From contig DALYLR010000003.1 of the NCBI GenBank assembly GCA_031976175.1, positions 15,976 to 79,975 on the forward strand: a stretch of 64,000 bases of DNA. Direction: 5' to 3'. Numbering within the stretch: the stretch's first letter is position 1; every line of letters starts with the position of its first letter. Origin of the DNA: Micropepsaceae bacterium. GTDB lineage: Bacteria; Pseudomonadota; Alphaproteobacteria; Micropepsales; Micropepsaceae. Of the stretch, positions 18,073-26,377 are shown in pieces. The position numbers were made by a program, and so were the translations under genes. The notes under the pieces are model-generated. The model searched no databases, had not been told where the DNA came from, and was given only the letters and a program-made list of their open reading frames with translations.

Positions 18073-19770
18073 ATGCGTATTCCGTTGTCCATGCTCCTCG
18101 GTATCGCTGCGACCGCGTGTATCGTCGCCCCCCAGGCAACAGCCAATTCCCCCGCCCCCAGCCGCGCCGAGATCGACGCCCAGCAAGCGCGGGTGAACCA
18201 GCTCGAAAGCGAAAGCGCGCAGATCGGCCAGGAGGCGCGAGACCTTGCCGGGACCCGCAATCTGACTCAGAAAATCAACGAGGCCAACAACACCATCAAT
18301 CAGCTGCGCGTTGACTCAGACAAGCTCGAGGAGGCCGTCAAACAAGCTGGCGCCACCCAGGATGAACTCAAAGCCGTGCGCGAGGGCGCCGAAAGCGGCG
18401 AGATCATTGGTGCTTCAGACGTTGCCGAAGAGGGCGCAGAGAAGGCGTTGGAGAAAGCCGCGGGCAAGGTCGTCGGCGCGGTGAGCCGCAGGGTCATCAG
18501 TGTCGTAGGTATTGTTTTCGATGTTCTGGAATATGGCGGCAAGTTTTACTACCGCCGCCGCACGGTCAACAGCCTCGAAGAAAACGAGCAGCTCAACGAC
18601 GCGACCCGGCGCGAGTTGATTGGTTTGTGGAGCGCCGTCATCAAGCAAACCAACGATCTGATCGCCAAGAAGAAGGCGATGGAGGATCTGCGCGAGCGCG
18701 ACCGCGACAACTTCCGCCAGCTTGCAACCGAGCGCCAAAAGCTCGACCAGATGAAGGCCGCCCGCAACACGCCGCGTGACACTGATGCCGCCGGCGACGC
18801 GGTGCTTCAGGCCGAGGAGGATGCGGAAAGGGCCAAGCGCCGCAAACTGAGCGTGCGCCCCTCCAACATCTCCCTCAGCGGCGCGTATATGTTTGGCGAA
18901 TGGCAGGGCCCGCGGCCGATCTATATTGGCACCGAGAACAATCTCCAAGTTCAGTTCTTCGGCGTGGAGGGTCTTGAGACGGACGACAATTTCGACGGCT
19001 TTGACGGCCATGTGGCCTTTGGCGTCGACGAGGGCAGCGCGGTGATCCTGGGCGCCATGCACAACACCGTCTCTTTTGGCTCCGCACGCGAGGAGTTTGA
19101 TCCTTTGGGCCAGCGCCTGTTGCTGCCTGGTGTTGAGACCCCGGGCCTGGCGTTGGGTTCAGGGGTGGCCGAAGGGACGGCAGGAGGCTTCAATGTGGTG
19201 CGCAATTTGCACTATCGCTTCGAGGCGGATCAAACCACCGCCTATGGCGCCTTTGTGCGGACCTATGATGGAGCGGATGGGACCTTTGCCCTTTATGGCG
19301 GTCTCAGCTTTACGCAAGGCAGTCAAACCCAAAGCCTGACCGGCGACATTCCGGGCTACGGCGCAGCCTTTTCCTTCCGCTATGATACCGATCTGGACAT
19401 CAACGCCACGCGCGCGATCCTTGGCGCACGGGTGACGCTGGAGCCCTTCGACGACGCGCCCTGGTTCCATGTCAACGCTGGTGTCACCCTGGCGGGCGGC
19501 TTTGCCCATGCCGATGGGCCCGACCGGCGCATCGTCAACAACACGACCGAGACGCTTGACCTCGACCGCAACGAGACCGTCTTTGGCGTGAGTGTTGGTG
19601 CGGGCCTTGAGGCCGATGTGTGTGAGAGCGCCACCCTCTTTGCCAATTACCGCTATGGTGAAGACACCCTGACGCCAATTGTGACCCGCCATGATGATGG
19701 CCCGAGCCGCCTGGATTTCGAGCGCGCCGTCACCCACACGGTCATGCTTGGCGTGCGGTATGAGTTTTAG
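18073..19770 (+). CDS. outer-membrane beta-barrel protein with an N-terminal coiled-coil region
   Basis: AGGGAGG RBS. Signal peptide MRIPLSMLLGIAATACIVAPQATA. About 270 aa are rich in heptad-like E/K/Q/L. The C-terminal ~290 aa show alternating beta-strand patterns and end ...GVRYEF, an OMP terminal-Phe signature. Confidence 0.7.
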   Translation: MRIPLSMLLGIAATACIVAPQATANSPAPSRAEIDAQQARVNQLESESAQIGQEARDLAGTRNLTQKINEANNTINQLRVDSDKLEEAVKQAGATQDELKAVREGAESGEIIGASDVAEEGAEKALEKAAGKVVGAVSRRVISVVGIVFDVLEYGGKFYYRRRTVNSLEENEQLNDATRRELIGLWSAVIKQTNDLIAKKKAMEDLRERDRDNFRQLATERQKLDQMKAARNTPRDTDAAGDAVLQAEEDAERAKRRKLSVRPSNISLSGAYMFGEWQGPRPIYIGTENNLQVQFFGVEGLETDDNFDGFDGHVAFGVDEGSAVILGAMHNTVSFGSAREEFDPLGQRLLLPGVETPGLALGSGVAEGTAGGFNVVRNLHYRFEADQTTAYGAFVRTYDGADGTFALYGGLSFTQGSQTQSLTGDIPGYGAAFSFRYDTDLDINATRAILGARVTLEPFDDAPWFHVNAGVTLAGGFAHADGPDRRIVNNTTETLDLDRNETVFGVSVGAGLEADVCESATLFANYRYGEDTLTPIVTRHDDGPSRLDFERAVTHTVMLGVRYEF

Positions 19771-19797
19771 CGCGGCGGGCTGAAAGGTGCTCCTGCC

Positions 19798-20298
19798 TTA
19801 AGGCTTGACGATCTCTTCGAAATCATCGGCCGCGCGCAGGAAATAGGTGATGTTCTCGCGCAGGTTCCGCCCGTTGATCCCGCCGGTCAGGTGTAGCTGG
19901 TGCTCCAGCCCCACCATGCCTTTATCGGGGGTGATGTAGCCGCGGCCAAAGACTTTCTCCAGATGAAAGCGGTTCAGGTCATCCGCGGTGCGGCCTTTGT
20001 TATTCTTCCACAGAATGCGGAACTGCACCTGCGTGCAGGGCGCGGTCGCGCGGGCTTCATCCGTACACGAATAAAGGAAGGCGTTGAACAGCTCGCCCTC
20101 CTTGGTTGTCACCGAAAGCCAGGGAATCCCGCCGGGCTCGGTCGTGTCTTTGACCGTCATGCCCATGGAGGTGAAAATCGCCGAGAGCCCGCTGCGCGAC
20201 AGATCGTGCACCGGTGCATGGCGCTCGAACCCTGCCTGGGCGCTTGCGCCTACGCTTAATCCCAGCACCAGCGTCAGAGCCATTCTCGCCAAGACCAT
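19798..20298 (-). CDS. hypothetical exported protein (possibly YbjN-like fold)
   Basis: ATG 20298 is preceded by AGGGGA. Signal peptide MVLARMALTLVLGLSVGASAQA. The family call is tentative. Confidence 0.5.
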   Translation of the reverse strand: MVLARMALTLVLGLSVGASAQAGFERHAPVHDLSRSGLSAIFTSMGMTVKDTTEPGGIPWLSVTTKEGELFNAFLYSCTDEARATAPCTQVQFRILWKNNKGRTADDLNRFHLEKVFGRGYITPDKGMVGLEHQLHLTGGINGRNLRENITYFLRAADDFEEIVKP

Positions 20299-20371
20299 CG
20301 TTACATCCCCTGTTGCCAGCGTGTCGGAGCGCCAGACCCTATCCCCGCGCCGCTCGCACCGCCACATTTAT

Positions 20372-20419
20372 ACCCGCCCCTCGCGGGCGGGTCGAAAAAT
20401 TGCGTTCTACAATTTTTCG
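20372..20419 (-). terminator. two adjacent stem-loops downstream of the pentapeptide-repeat gene
   Basis: ACCCGCCC (20372-20379) pairs with GGGCGGGT (20385-20392). Immediately adjacent, CGAAAAATTG (20393-20402) pairs with CAATTTTTCG (20410-20419). Confidence 0.35.
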
Positions 20420-20539
20420 GGGCGGGGGCGCTTGGGATGCAGCGGCAATTCCGACCGATAGAGGAGGGCACACAGACCCGGTTCCCGCTGGTAAGCAGGC
20501 CGATCACACAGCGCAGGAAGCACTCAAGCTAATGATGGG

Positions 20540-23074
20540 TTAGGGCTTTGGCCGCTCCTGAAGCTTCTTGGCGGCCTCTGCAGCAAACTCCCACTCTGCG
20601 GTAATTGCTCGCTCTTCAAATTCCTTTTGTTCGATTGCCCAGGCGTCGGCTTCATCGCTTGCGCGCAACAAAAAATCATATTGGCGATCGCTCAATTGTC
20701 GTGCTGCTTCACATGTGACGAGACTGTCCTTCGGCGCTTCACGAGCCGTTTTGAACTCTTGTAACCATTGTTTCCTCACGCTCGATGGCAGAACGCCGAA
20801 GACTGGTTGCCCCCTTGGTCCGCCCGGATACGAGTATACTCTGTAGGAAATAAGCTTCAAAGAGAATAAGCCGAATGTTCCTTGCTCTTTATCACAGATC
20901 ATTTTGTATAAATTTTGCACTACGTCATTGTTTTTGTTGTCAAACACTGGTGCCCACTGTATAGGTGGCTCCTCGAAACCACGATCGTCGCGACTACTAA
21001 ATTTTTCAGTAGACGCCTTCTCTTTTGTTGCTGCCGCATCAGCGGAAGATCTTACATCAGCTCGTAAAAGCAATAAGCGGTCCAGATCCCTTAGCAGTTC
21101 AGGTTTTCGAGGTCCGTCAGGGACTACGTTCTTGATTACATCCTCCAGATCATCCTCTACAAAGGACAACTCCCCCTCTAATGCACGCTTTGCATCGACG
21201 ACGGGCGTCCGCAGGACAATCATCTTTGATAGATCGAGAGATCCACGGGTCTCCCAAGCCGATCCGCCATCAATAATGACTATAGAACTGTTGCCAAGCT
21301 CAGAGACGCGTGCGCCATCCAGAGCTACGTTGTTGAATATAGAATACCCAATTATAGCATCTAGGTTCACTAATCGCATGTCCACTTCATTGAGCTGTGC
21401 CCTAATGAGGTTTGAAGCGATCATAGACGCACCTTGAAGCTTCGCCAACGTAATCCTGGTGAAATTTAAGTTTGCTTCATTAAGGTTCGCCCCGTGCATT
21501 TCGGTACCATACAAGCTTGCGCCTTCAAGGGATGCGCCCCGGAACGATGCGCCATGCATTTTTGTCTGATACAAGTCTGAATAAGCCAACTGCGCAGAGT
21601 CGAACCGCGCCGAAATCAGCCATGTTTGATCTAGTTTCGAGGCTGTCAGGTCTGCGTCTCGAAAATCTGACATGGTCAAGTCTGTCTCTGTAAAGTCAGC
21701 GGCGCGCAGTCGGCGGCCCTCGAAATCTCTCGAGAATCGTTCAGAGGCACTATCTCGGCCTCCAGCGGCGTCCGTTTGCTCTGGCGCTGCCGATGGGCTC
21801 AAATTCTTCTCTGCGGCCATAACAGCGGTACCATTTCGGCTTGTAACGCTGACCGGCGATCTCCTGGACTTCATTCGTTCATATTCTCGAGCACGCGCAG
21901 ATTTCAGCTGTTTAACCAATTCTTGATCGACCAGAACTTGCTTCCGCAACACCAGTCTATTGTCAAAGAAATTCCAGACCTTGAATGGCCCATAGGGTTC
22001 GTCCTGTGCCGAATAACCAAATAAATGACCAAGTAAAAGTTCAACCTGCCTGCTCGAATACCGGAGAGTTTGGTTCACGCCGTCAGAACATGTTGACAGC
22101 TCGACCGCGACTGGGATCCTCTTGCCGTATAGGTCTGTACGAAACTCTCCCTTCTTTGCGCCACGCACGGGATCGTCTGCATCATAACGCTCATACTCAA
22201 CGATGCCATCACATGGAAAACTGGCAGATAGTGTGAGGAGCGCCACCAAAAGCGTAGCCGGTCCGATCAACACGCCCTTTGCGGCTGCGCCTGGGGTTTT
22301 GAGACTGAAATGCGGCAGCCGCAAAAACCTCTCCCCCCGATACCACCGGTAGGATGGCCACAGCATCAACACCATCGCGACATCCATCCACACTGCGACG
22401 CGGTGCCACCAGGTGATCTCATCGCTCTGGTAGGGCAGGAACATCAGCTGAAACAGGAACAGCACCGCGATCGGAGCAAGCGCCACCGTGGTCAGCGCGA
22501 TGATCGCATAGAGCACCCCGAGGGCCCCTTCCCGCTCCCGTTTGGGGCCTACGAGCAATAAGGCAAAGAGTGCATTGCCAAGCCGGCTGCGCAGCTTGTC
22601 TCGTTCGGCCTCCGATAAGGGCTCTCCCACTTCAGTCTTCAAGCCGGTCAGCGCTGCGTCAAACGCCGGGACTGTGCGGGCCAGCGCGATGAGCATCGCC
22701 AACAGGTATAGATGCATGATCAGCAGAAGTGCTGGACCCACAACCGCATAGCCAATCAAAGGAATAGTCAGGTCAACCAGCGGCAGCTTCACGCCTTCTT
22801 GCAGCAGAAGCATCTTGTGGCTGACATTGGCAGTGGTGACCGCAAAGGTCAGCATCACCGTTATGAAAGCGATCCACAAATATTGAATGCGTTGTGCCGT
22901 GCCCGATAAGGTATCAAGGGCGGTCTCAAAGGCGAATTCTGCATCATTCCGGGCGAAGACGGTTCCACGGCCAGGCGCGTCGCCGCCTGCTAATTGCGGA
23001 GGATGGTTCACCCAAGGAAACCTTACAAACCCTCCGCGCCGCGCCTTCTTTCTCTGCTCGCCCTCGCCGCTCAT
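20540..23074 (-). CDS. membrane-anchored pentapeptide-repeat protein
   Basis: ATG 23074 (MSGEGEQ) is preceded by AAGGGGGG. There are at least 6 N-terminal TM-like segments. The central run of A(D/N)LxX pentapeptides reads LRAADFTETDLTMSDFRDADLTASKLDQTWLISARFDSAQLAYSDLYQTKMHGASFRGASLEGASLYGTEMHGANLNEANLNFTRITLAKLQGASM. Confidence 0.8.
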   Translation of the reverse strand: MSGEGEQRKKARRGGFVRFPWVNHPPQLAGGDAPGRGTVFARNDAEFAFETALDTLSGTAQRIQYLWIAFITVMLTFAVTTANVSHKMLLLQEGVKLPLVDLTIPLIGYAVVGPALLLIMHLYLLAMLIALARTVPAFDAALTGLKTEVGEPLSEAERDKLRSRLGNALFALLLVGPKREREGALGVLYAIIALTTVALAPIAVLFLFQLMFLPYQSDEITWWHRVAVWMDVAMVLMLWPSYRWYRGERFLRLPHFSLKTPGAAAKGVLIGPATLLVALLTLSASFPCDGIVEYERYDADDPVRGAKKGEFRTDLYGKRIPVAVELSTCSDGVNQTLRYSSRQVELLLGHLFGYSAQDEPYGPFKVWNFFDNRLVLRKQVLVDQELVKQLKSARAREYERMKSRRSPVSVTSRNGTAVMAAEKNLSPSAAPEQTDAAGGRDSASERFSRDFEGRRLRAADFTETDLTMSDFRDADLTASKLDQTWLISARFDSAQLAYSDLYQTKMHGASFRGASLEGASLYGTEMHGANLNEANLNFTRITLAKLQGASMIASNLIRAQLNEVDMRLVNLDAIIGYSIFNNVALDGARVSELGNSSIVIIDGGSAWETRGSLDLSKMIVLRTPVVDAKRALEGELSFVEDDLEDVIKNVVPDGPRKPELLRDLDRLLLLRADVRSSADAAATKEKASTEKFSSRDDRGFEEPPIQWAPVFDNKNNDVVQNLYKMICDKEQGTFGLFSLKLISYRVYSYPGGPRGQPVFGVLPSSVRKQWLQEFKTAREAPKDSLVTCEAARQLSDRQYDFLLRASDEADAWAIEQKEFEERAITAEWEFAAEAAKKLQERPKP

Positions 23075-23410
23075 CACAGCCCCCCTTAGCACGAACGGAA
23101 TGCTACCTTAACATTGCGCCACAGTGGAGGGGAAAGCAGCGGTGTTGCGGCCTAACCCACACTGGTGCGGGTCTCTTCGGACTGTGGCGGGTCTCAAACG
23201 ACGGTGGCCTCAAGCGCTCAGCCGAAGGAGAAAGATCGCGCCACACTTTAGAATGATTGTAATAGACGATACATTCTTTTTCCGCCCCCCTCACGCCTTC
23301 CTTTAGGCTGCGTGGGTGATTGGGACTGTGGAGGCAAAAAAGAACGGAGCAAAACGCGCGCAAATCGGACGAAAAATGGCGAAAATCAGCCACTTTTGTC
23401 TTTGATTTCT

Positions 23411-23447
23411 GTTTCGTTTTGTTTCGCTGGCGTTACGTTTTGTTACG
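23411..23447. promoter_or_regulatory. four helically phased direct repeats GTT(T/A)CG
   Basis: GTTTCG 23411 and 23421, GTTACG 23432 and 23442, giving spacing 10/11/10 bp. A further GTTACG lies at 23495. Located in the intergenic region between cheR and the pentapeptide gene. Confidence 0.3.
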
Positions 23448-23509
23448 TTGCGGGCCTGATTTTCAGCCCAGAACGGCTCGATCTGTGACGCTGTGTTACG
23501 CTGAGCAGG

Positions 23510-24349
23510 CTAAATCGCCGCCTGCAAGGACGAGGCGGCCGCCGTCTTGGCATAGATGCCGCGCGCACCCTCAACGGGTGCAAAGGCCGTCGTCAGTCCG
23601 ATGACCGTCTCCGCCGCGCCCAGGACCAGGTAGCCATCATGGGCGAGCAATTTCGCCATGCGCTCCAGGATGTCTTTCTTGGCCGGTTGATCGAAATAGA
23701 TCAAAACATTGCGGCAATAGATGACATCATAGGTCAAATGGCCCCGAAAGGGCTCCAAAAGGTTGGCTTGACGGTATTTGACCGCGTTGCGGATGTCCGG
23801 CTTGATCCGCCACTGCTCGCCCTCCTTCTCGAAGTGCTTGACGAGCATCTGGATCGGCAGGCCGCGCTGGACCTCAAACTGGCTGTAGAGGCCGTCTGTG
23901 GCCCTGGCGAGGACCTCGGTCGACAGATCGGTGCCGACGATCTCCACGGCCCAGCCCTGGGCGCTGAGGGCCTTGTCCTTGAGGATCATAGCCAGCGAAT
24001 AGGGCTCCTGGCCCGTCGAGGCTGCGGCGCACCAAATCCGCAGACGCTTCTGGCCTGCGCGCGCCTTCATGAGCGCGGGCAGCATCATGCGCTCGAACTG
24101 TTCAAAGGGCGTCTTGTCGCGGAAGAAGAACGACTCATTCGTCGTCATCGCCTCGACGACCGCCTTGCTGACCGTCTCGTCGCCGCCGCTGCGCAGCTTG
24201 AGGATCAAGGCCGTCAGATCGGGCAGATTGAAGCGCCGCGCCACGGGCGTCAGGCGGCTGTCGAGCAGATATTGCTTGTCGGGCGTGAGCACGAGGCCTG
24301 ACTTCTGCTTGAGGTATTGCGCGATAAAGTCGAACTCCGCCGGCGTCAT
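23510..24349 (-). CDS. cheR: chemotaxis protein methyltransferase
   Basis: MTPAEFDFIAQYLKQKSGL N-terminal domain. SAM-binding RIWCAAASTGQEPYSLAM. ATGA overlap with cheB. Confidence 0.93.
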   Translation of the reverse strand: MTPAEFDFIAQYLKQKSGLVLTPDKQYLLDSRLTPVARRFNLPDLTALILKLRSGGDETVSKAVVEAMTTNESFFFRDKTPFEQFERMMLPALMKARAGQKRLRIWCAAASTGQEPYSLAMILKDKALSAQGWAVEIVGTDLSTEVLARATDGLYSQFEVQRGLPIQMLVKHFEKEGEQWRIKPDIRNAVKYRQANLLEPFRGHLTYDVIYCRNVLIYFDQPAKKDILERMAKLLAHDGYLVLGAAETVIGLTTAFAPVEGARGIYAKTAAASSLQAAI

Positions 24350-25479
24350 GGCTTGCCCCCTGAAATGATTTTGGCGGCTTCCCCAGCCAGCGCTTTGAGC
24401 GGATAGATGCCGCTCGCAAGACCTGCCTGCGCAACGGCGCCTGGCATCCCCCACACGATGCTGCTGGCCTCGTCCTGCACGATGACGGTGCCCGCTGCCG
24501 CCGCTATCGCCTGGGCGCCATTGCGGCCATCGTGGCCCATGCCGGTGAGGACAACGCCTAGCGTGGCGGCGCCATAGACGGCGGCTGCGCTGCGGAACAT
24601 CGGATCGACTGCGGGCCTGCAGTAATTCTCAGGCGGACCGGCGTTGAGCTGCGCCACGCCGTCCGCGCCTTTGCGCTGGACGAGCAGGTGCTTGTCGCCT
24701 GGCGCCACATAGATGTGATCGGGTTGCAGCACCGCGCCATCCCGCGCCTCTTGCGACGGCCGCTGGGCTGCTCTGCCCAAATGTTCGGCCAGAATGGTCG
24801 TGAATTTCGGCGGCATGTGCTGCGTGACCAGGATGGGCAGACCGATCTTGCGCGGCAGTGCCTCAAAGAGCGCGTTGAGGGCTTGTGGCCCACCGGTCGA
24901 TGACCCAATGCACAGAACCTTAGGCCGCACGGCGGAGATGGGCCGCAACACGCGCGAGCCGGTGCTTGGTCCCGAGGGTCCATGCTCTTTGCCCGCAACC
25001 GCAGACACTGAATGGCTCACCTGCTTTGGCTGGCCCAGCGCCCGGATTTTCTGGATCAGCTCGCGCCGGTATTGTTCGCCGGCATCGGCCGCGGCGACGC
25101 TGCTGGGCTTTCCGATCGTGTCCGTCGCGCCCATGGTGAGGGCTCGCAGCGAAACTTCCGCGCTCGCCAATGTCAGGGTCGAGGCCATGATGATCTTAGC
25201 GGCTGGCGCCTTGGCCAGCAGCAACGGAAGCGCGGTCAGCCCATCCATCTCTGGCATTTCGATGTCGAGAACAATCACGTCCGGCTGCGCACGCTCAACC
25301 GCGCCGACCGCGATCTTGCCGTTCATGCAGCTAGCGGCGATGACGATCCCAGCCTCGCTTGAGAGCCAGCGCGCGACCATGCCGCGCACGACTGCTGAGT
25401 CGTCGACCAGCATCACGCGGATGGGATGCGCAACAAGATGCGGAGCGCCGCCCGGCTTTGAGAGTGCGTCTGCGGACAT
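24346..25479 (-). CDS. cheB: protein-glutamate methylesterase/deamidase
   Basis: Receiver domain (VMLVDDSAVVR...VLDIEMPEMDG) plus a CheB catalytic domain (GSSTGGP, HMP, GMGHDG). Confidence 0.93.
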   Translation of the reverse strand: MSADALSKPGGAPHLVAHPIRVMLVDDSAVVRGMVARWLSSEAGIVIAASCMNGKIAVGAVERAQPDVIVLDIEMPEMDGLTALPLLLAKAPAAKIIMASTLTLASAEVSLRALTMGATDTIGKPSSVAAADAGEQYRRELIQKIRALGQPKQVSHSVSAVAGKEHGPSGPSTGSRVLRPISAVRPKVLCIGSSTGGPQALNALFEALPRKIGLPILVTQHMPPKFTTILAEHLGRAAQRPSQEARDGAVLQPDHIYVAPGDKHLLVQRKGADGVAQLNAGPPENYCRPAVDPMFRSAAAVYGAATLGVVLTGMGHDGRNGAQAIAAAAGTVIVQDEASSIVWGMPGAVAQAGLASGIYPLKALAGEAAKIISGGKP

Positions 25480-25486
25480 TCCGCCC

Positions 25487-25861
25487 TCAGAGCAAACCGG
25501 TTTCGGTAAACTTCGCTTCCAGGATTTCCTTGTCAAAGGGCTTCATGATGTACTCATTGGCCCCAGCCTCGATCGCCGCTGTGATGTGGTCGAGGTCATT
25601 CTCCGTCGTGCAGAACAGAACGACGGGCCGCTCGCCTTCGCTGCCCGCTCCGCCGCCACGCAAGGCCCGCAGGAACTCGAGGCCATTCATGTTCGGCATG
25701 TTCCAGTCCAAAAGGATGGCGTCCGGCATTTGCTGGCGGCAGTAGTCGAGCGCAAGCGCGCCGTCTTCGGCCTCGCCGATCTCGAACGCGAGCTCTTCAA
25801 GGATCCGGCGTGCAACTTTGCGGATGACCCGGCTGTCATCCACGATCAAGCAATGCTTCAT
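25487..25861 (-). CDS. cheY: CheY-like single-domain response regulator
   Basis: LIVDDSRVIRK, LLDWNMPNMNG, YIMKPF. Confidence 0.9.
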   Translation of the reverse strand: MKHCLIVDDSRVIRKVARRILEELAFEIGEAEDGALALDYCRQQMPDAILLDWNMPNMNGLEFLRALRGGGAGSEGERPVVLFCTTENDLDHITAAIEAGANEYIMKPFDKEILEAKFTETGLL

Positions 25862-25906
25862 CTCAGTGCCCCTCAAATCTCTAGTGCGGATACCCCCGCC
25901 GGGCCG

Positions 25907-26377
25907 TTATGCCGCCGCCAAATCAAGCTCCAGAAGAGCCGCGACATCCAAAACGACCAACAGCTTACCCTCCAACCGGTAAACACCCATTGAAACACTG
26001 CGCCATCTGGAATCGAGGTTTGCCGGATTGGCCTCAAAATCGGAGGCAGGCAGGCTTAACACTTCGCCAACCTTATCGATGATCAGTCCGTAGGATTCGC
26101 CGTTGCGCTCAATGCCCACCGCCATCAGAGGCACGTCAGAACCGGAACGCCCAAGGCCCAAACGCGAGCGGCAGTTGATGGCGGTGACAATCCGTCCGCG
26201 GAGGTTCAAGACGCCGGCAATATCGGGATGCGCCAGCGGGACCGCTGTAATGCGCTGCGGCCGGAAGACGTCAAGAACCTGGCCAATCGGAATGCCGAAC
26301 ATCTGCTCGCCAACATAGACGGTGACAAAGTCCGCCTGCTGCTGCGTTGACTCCGCGGTCTCATTTGTCGTGGTCAT
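25907..26377 (-). CDS. cheW: chemotaxis coupling protein
   Basis: CheW-like domain (FVTVYVGEQMFGIPI...VLNLRGRIVTAI). ATGA overlap with cheA. Confidence 0.92.
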   Translation of the reverse strand: MTTTNETAESTQQQADFVTVYVGEQMFGIPIGQVLDVFRPQRITAVPLAHPDIAGVLNLRGRIVTAINCRSRLGLGRSGSDVPLMAVGIERNGESYGLIIDKVGEVLSLPASDFEANPANLDSRWRSVSMGVYRLEGKLLVVLDVAALLELDLAAA

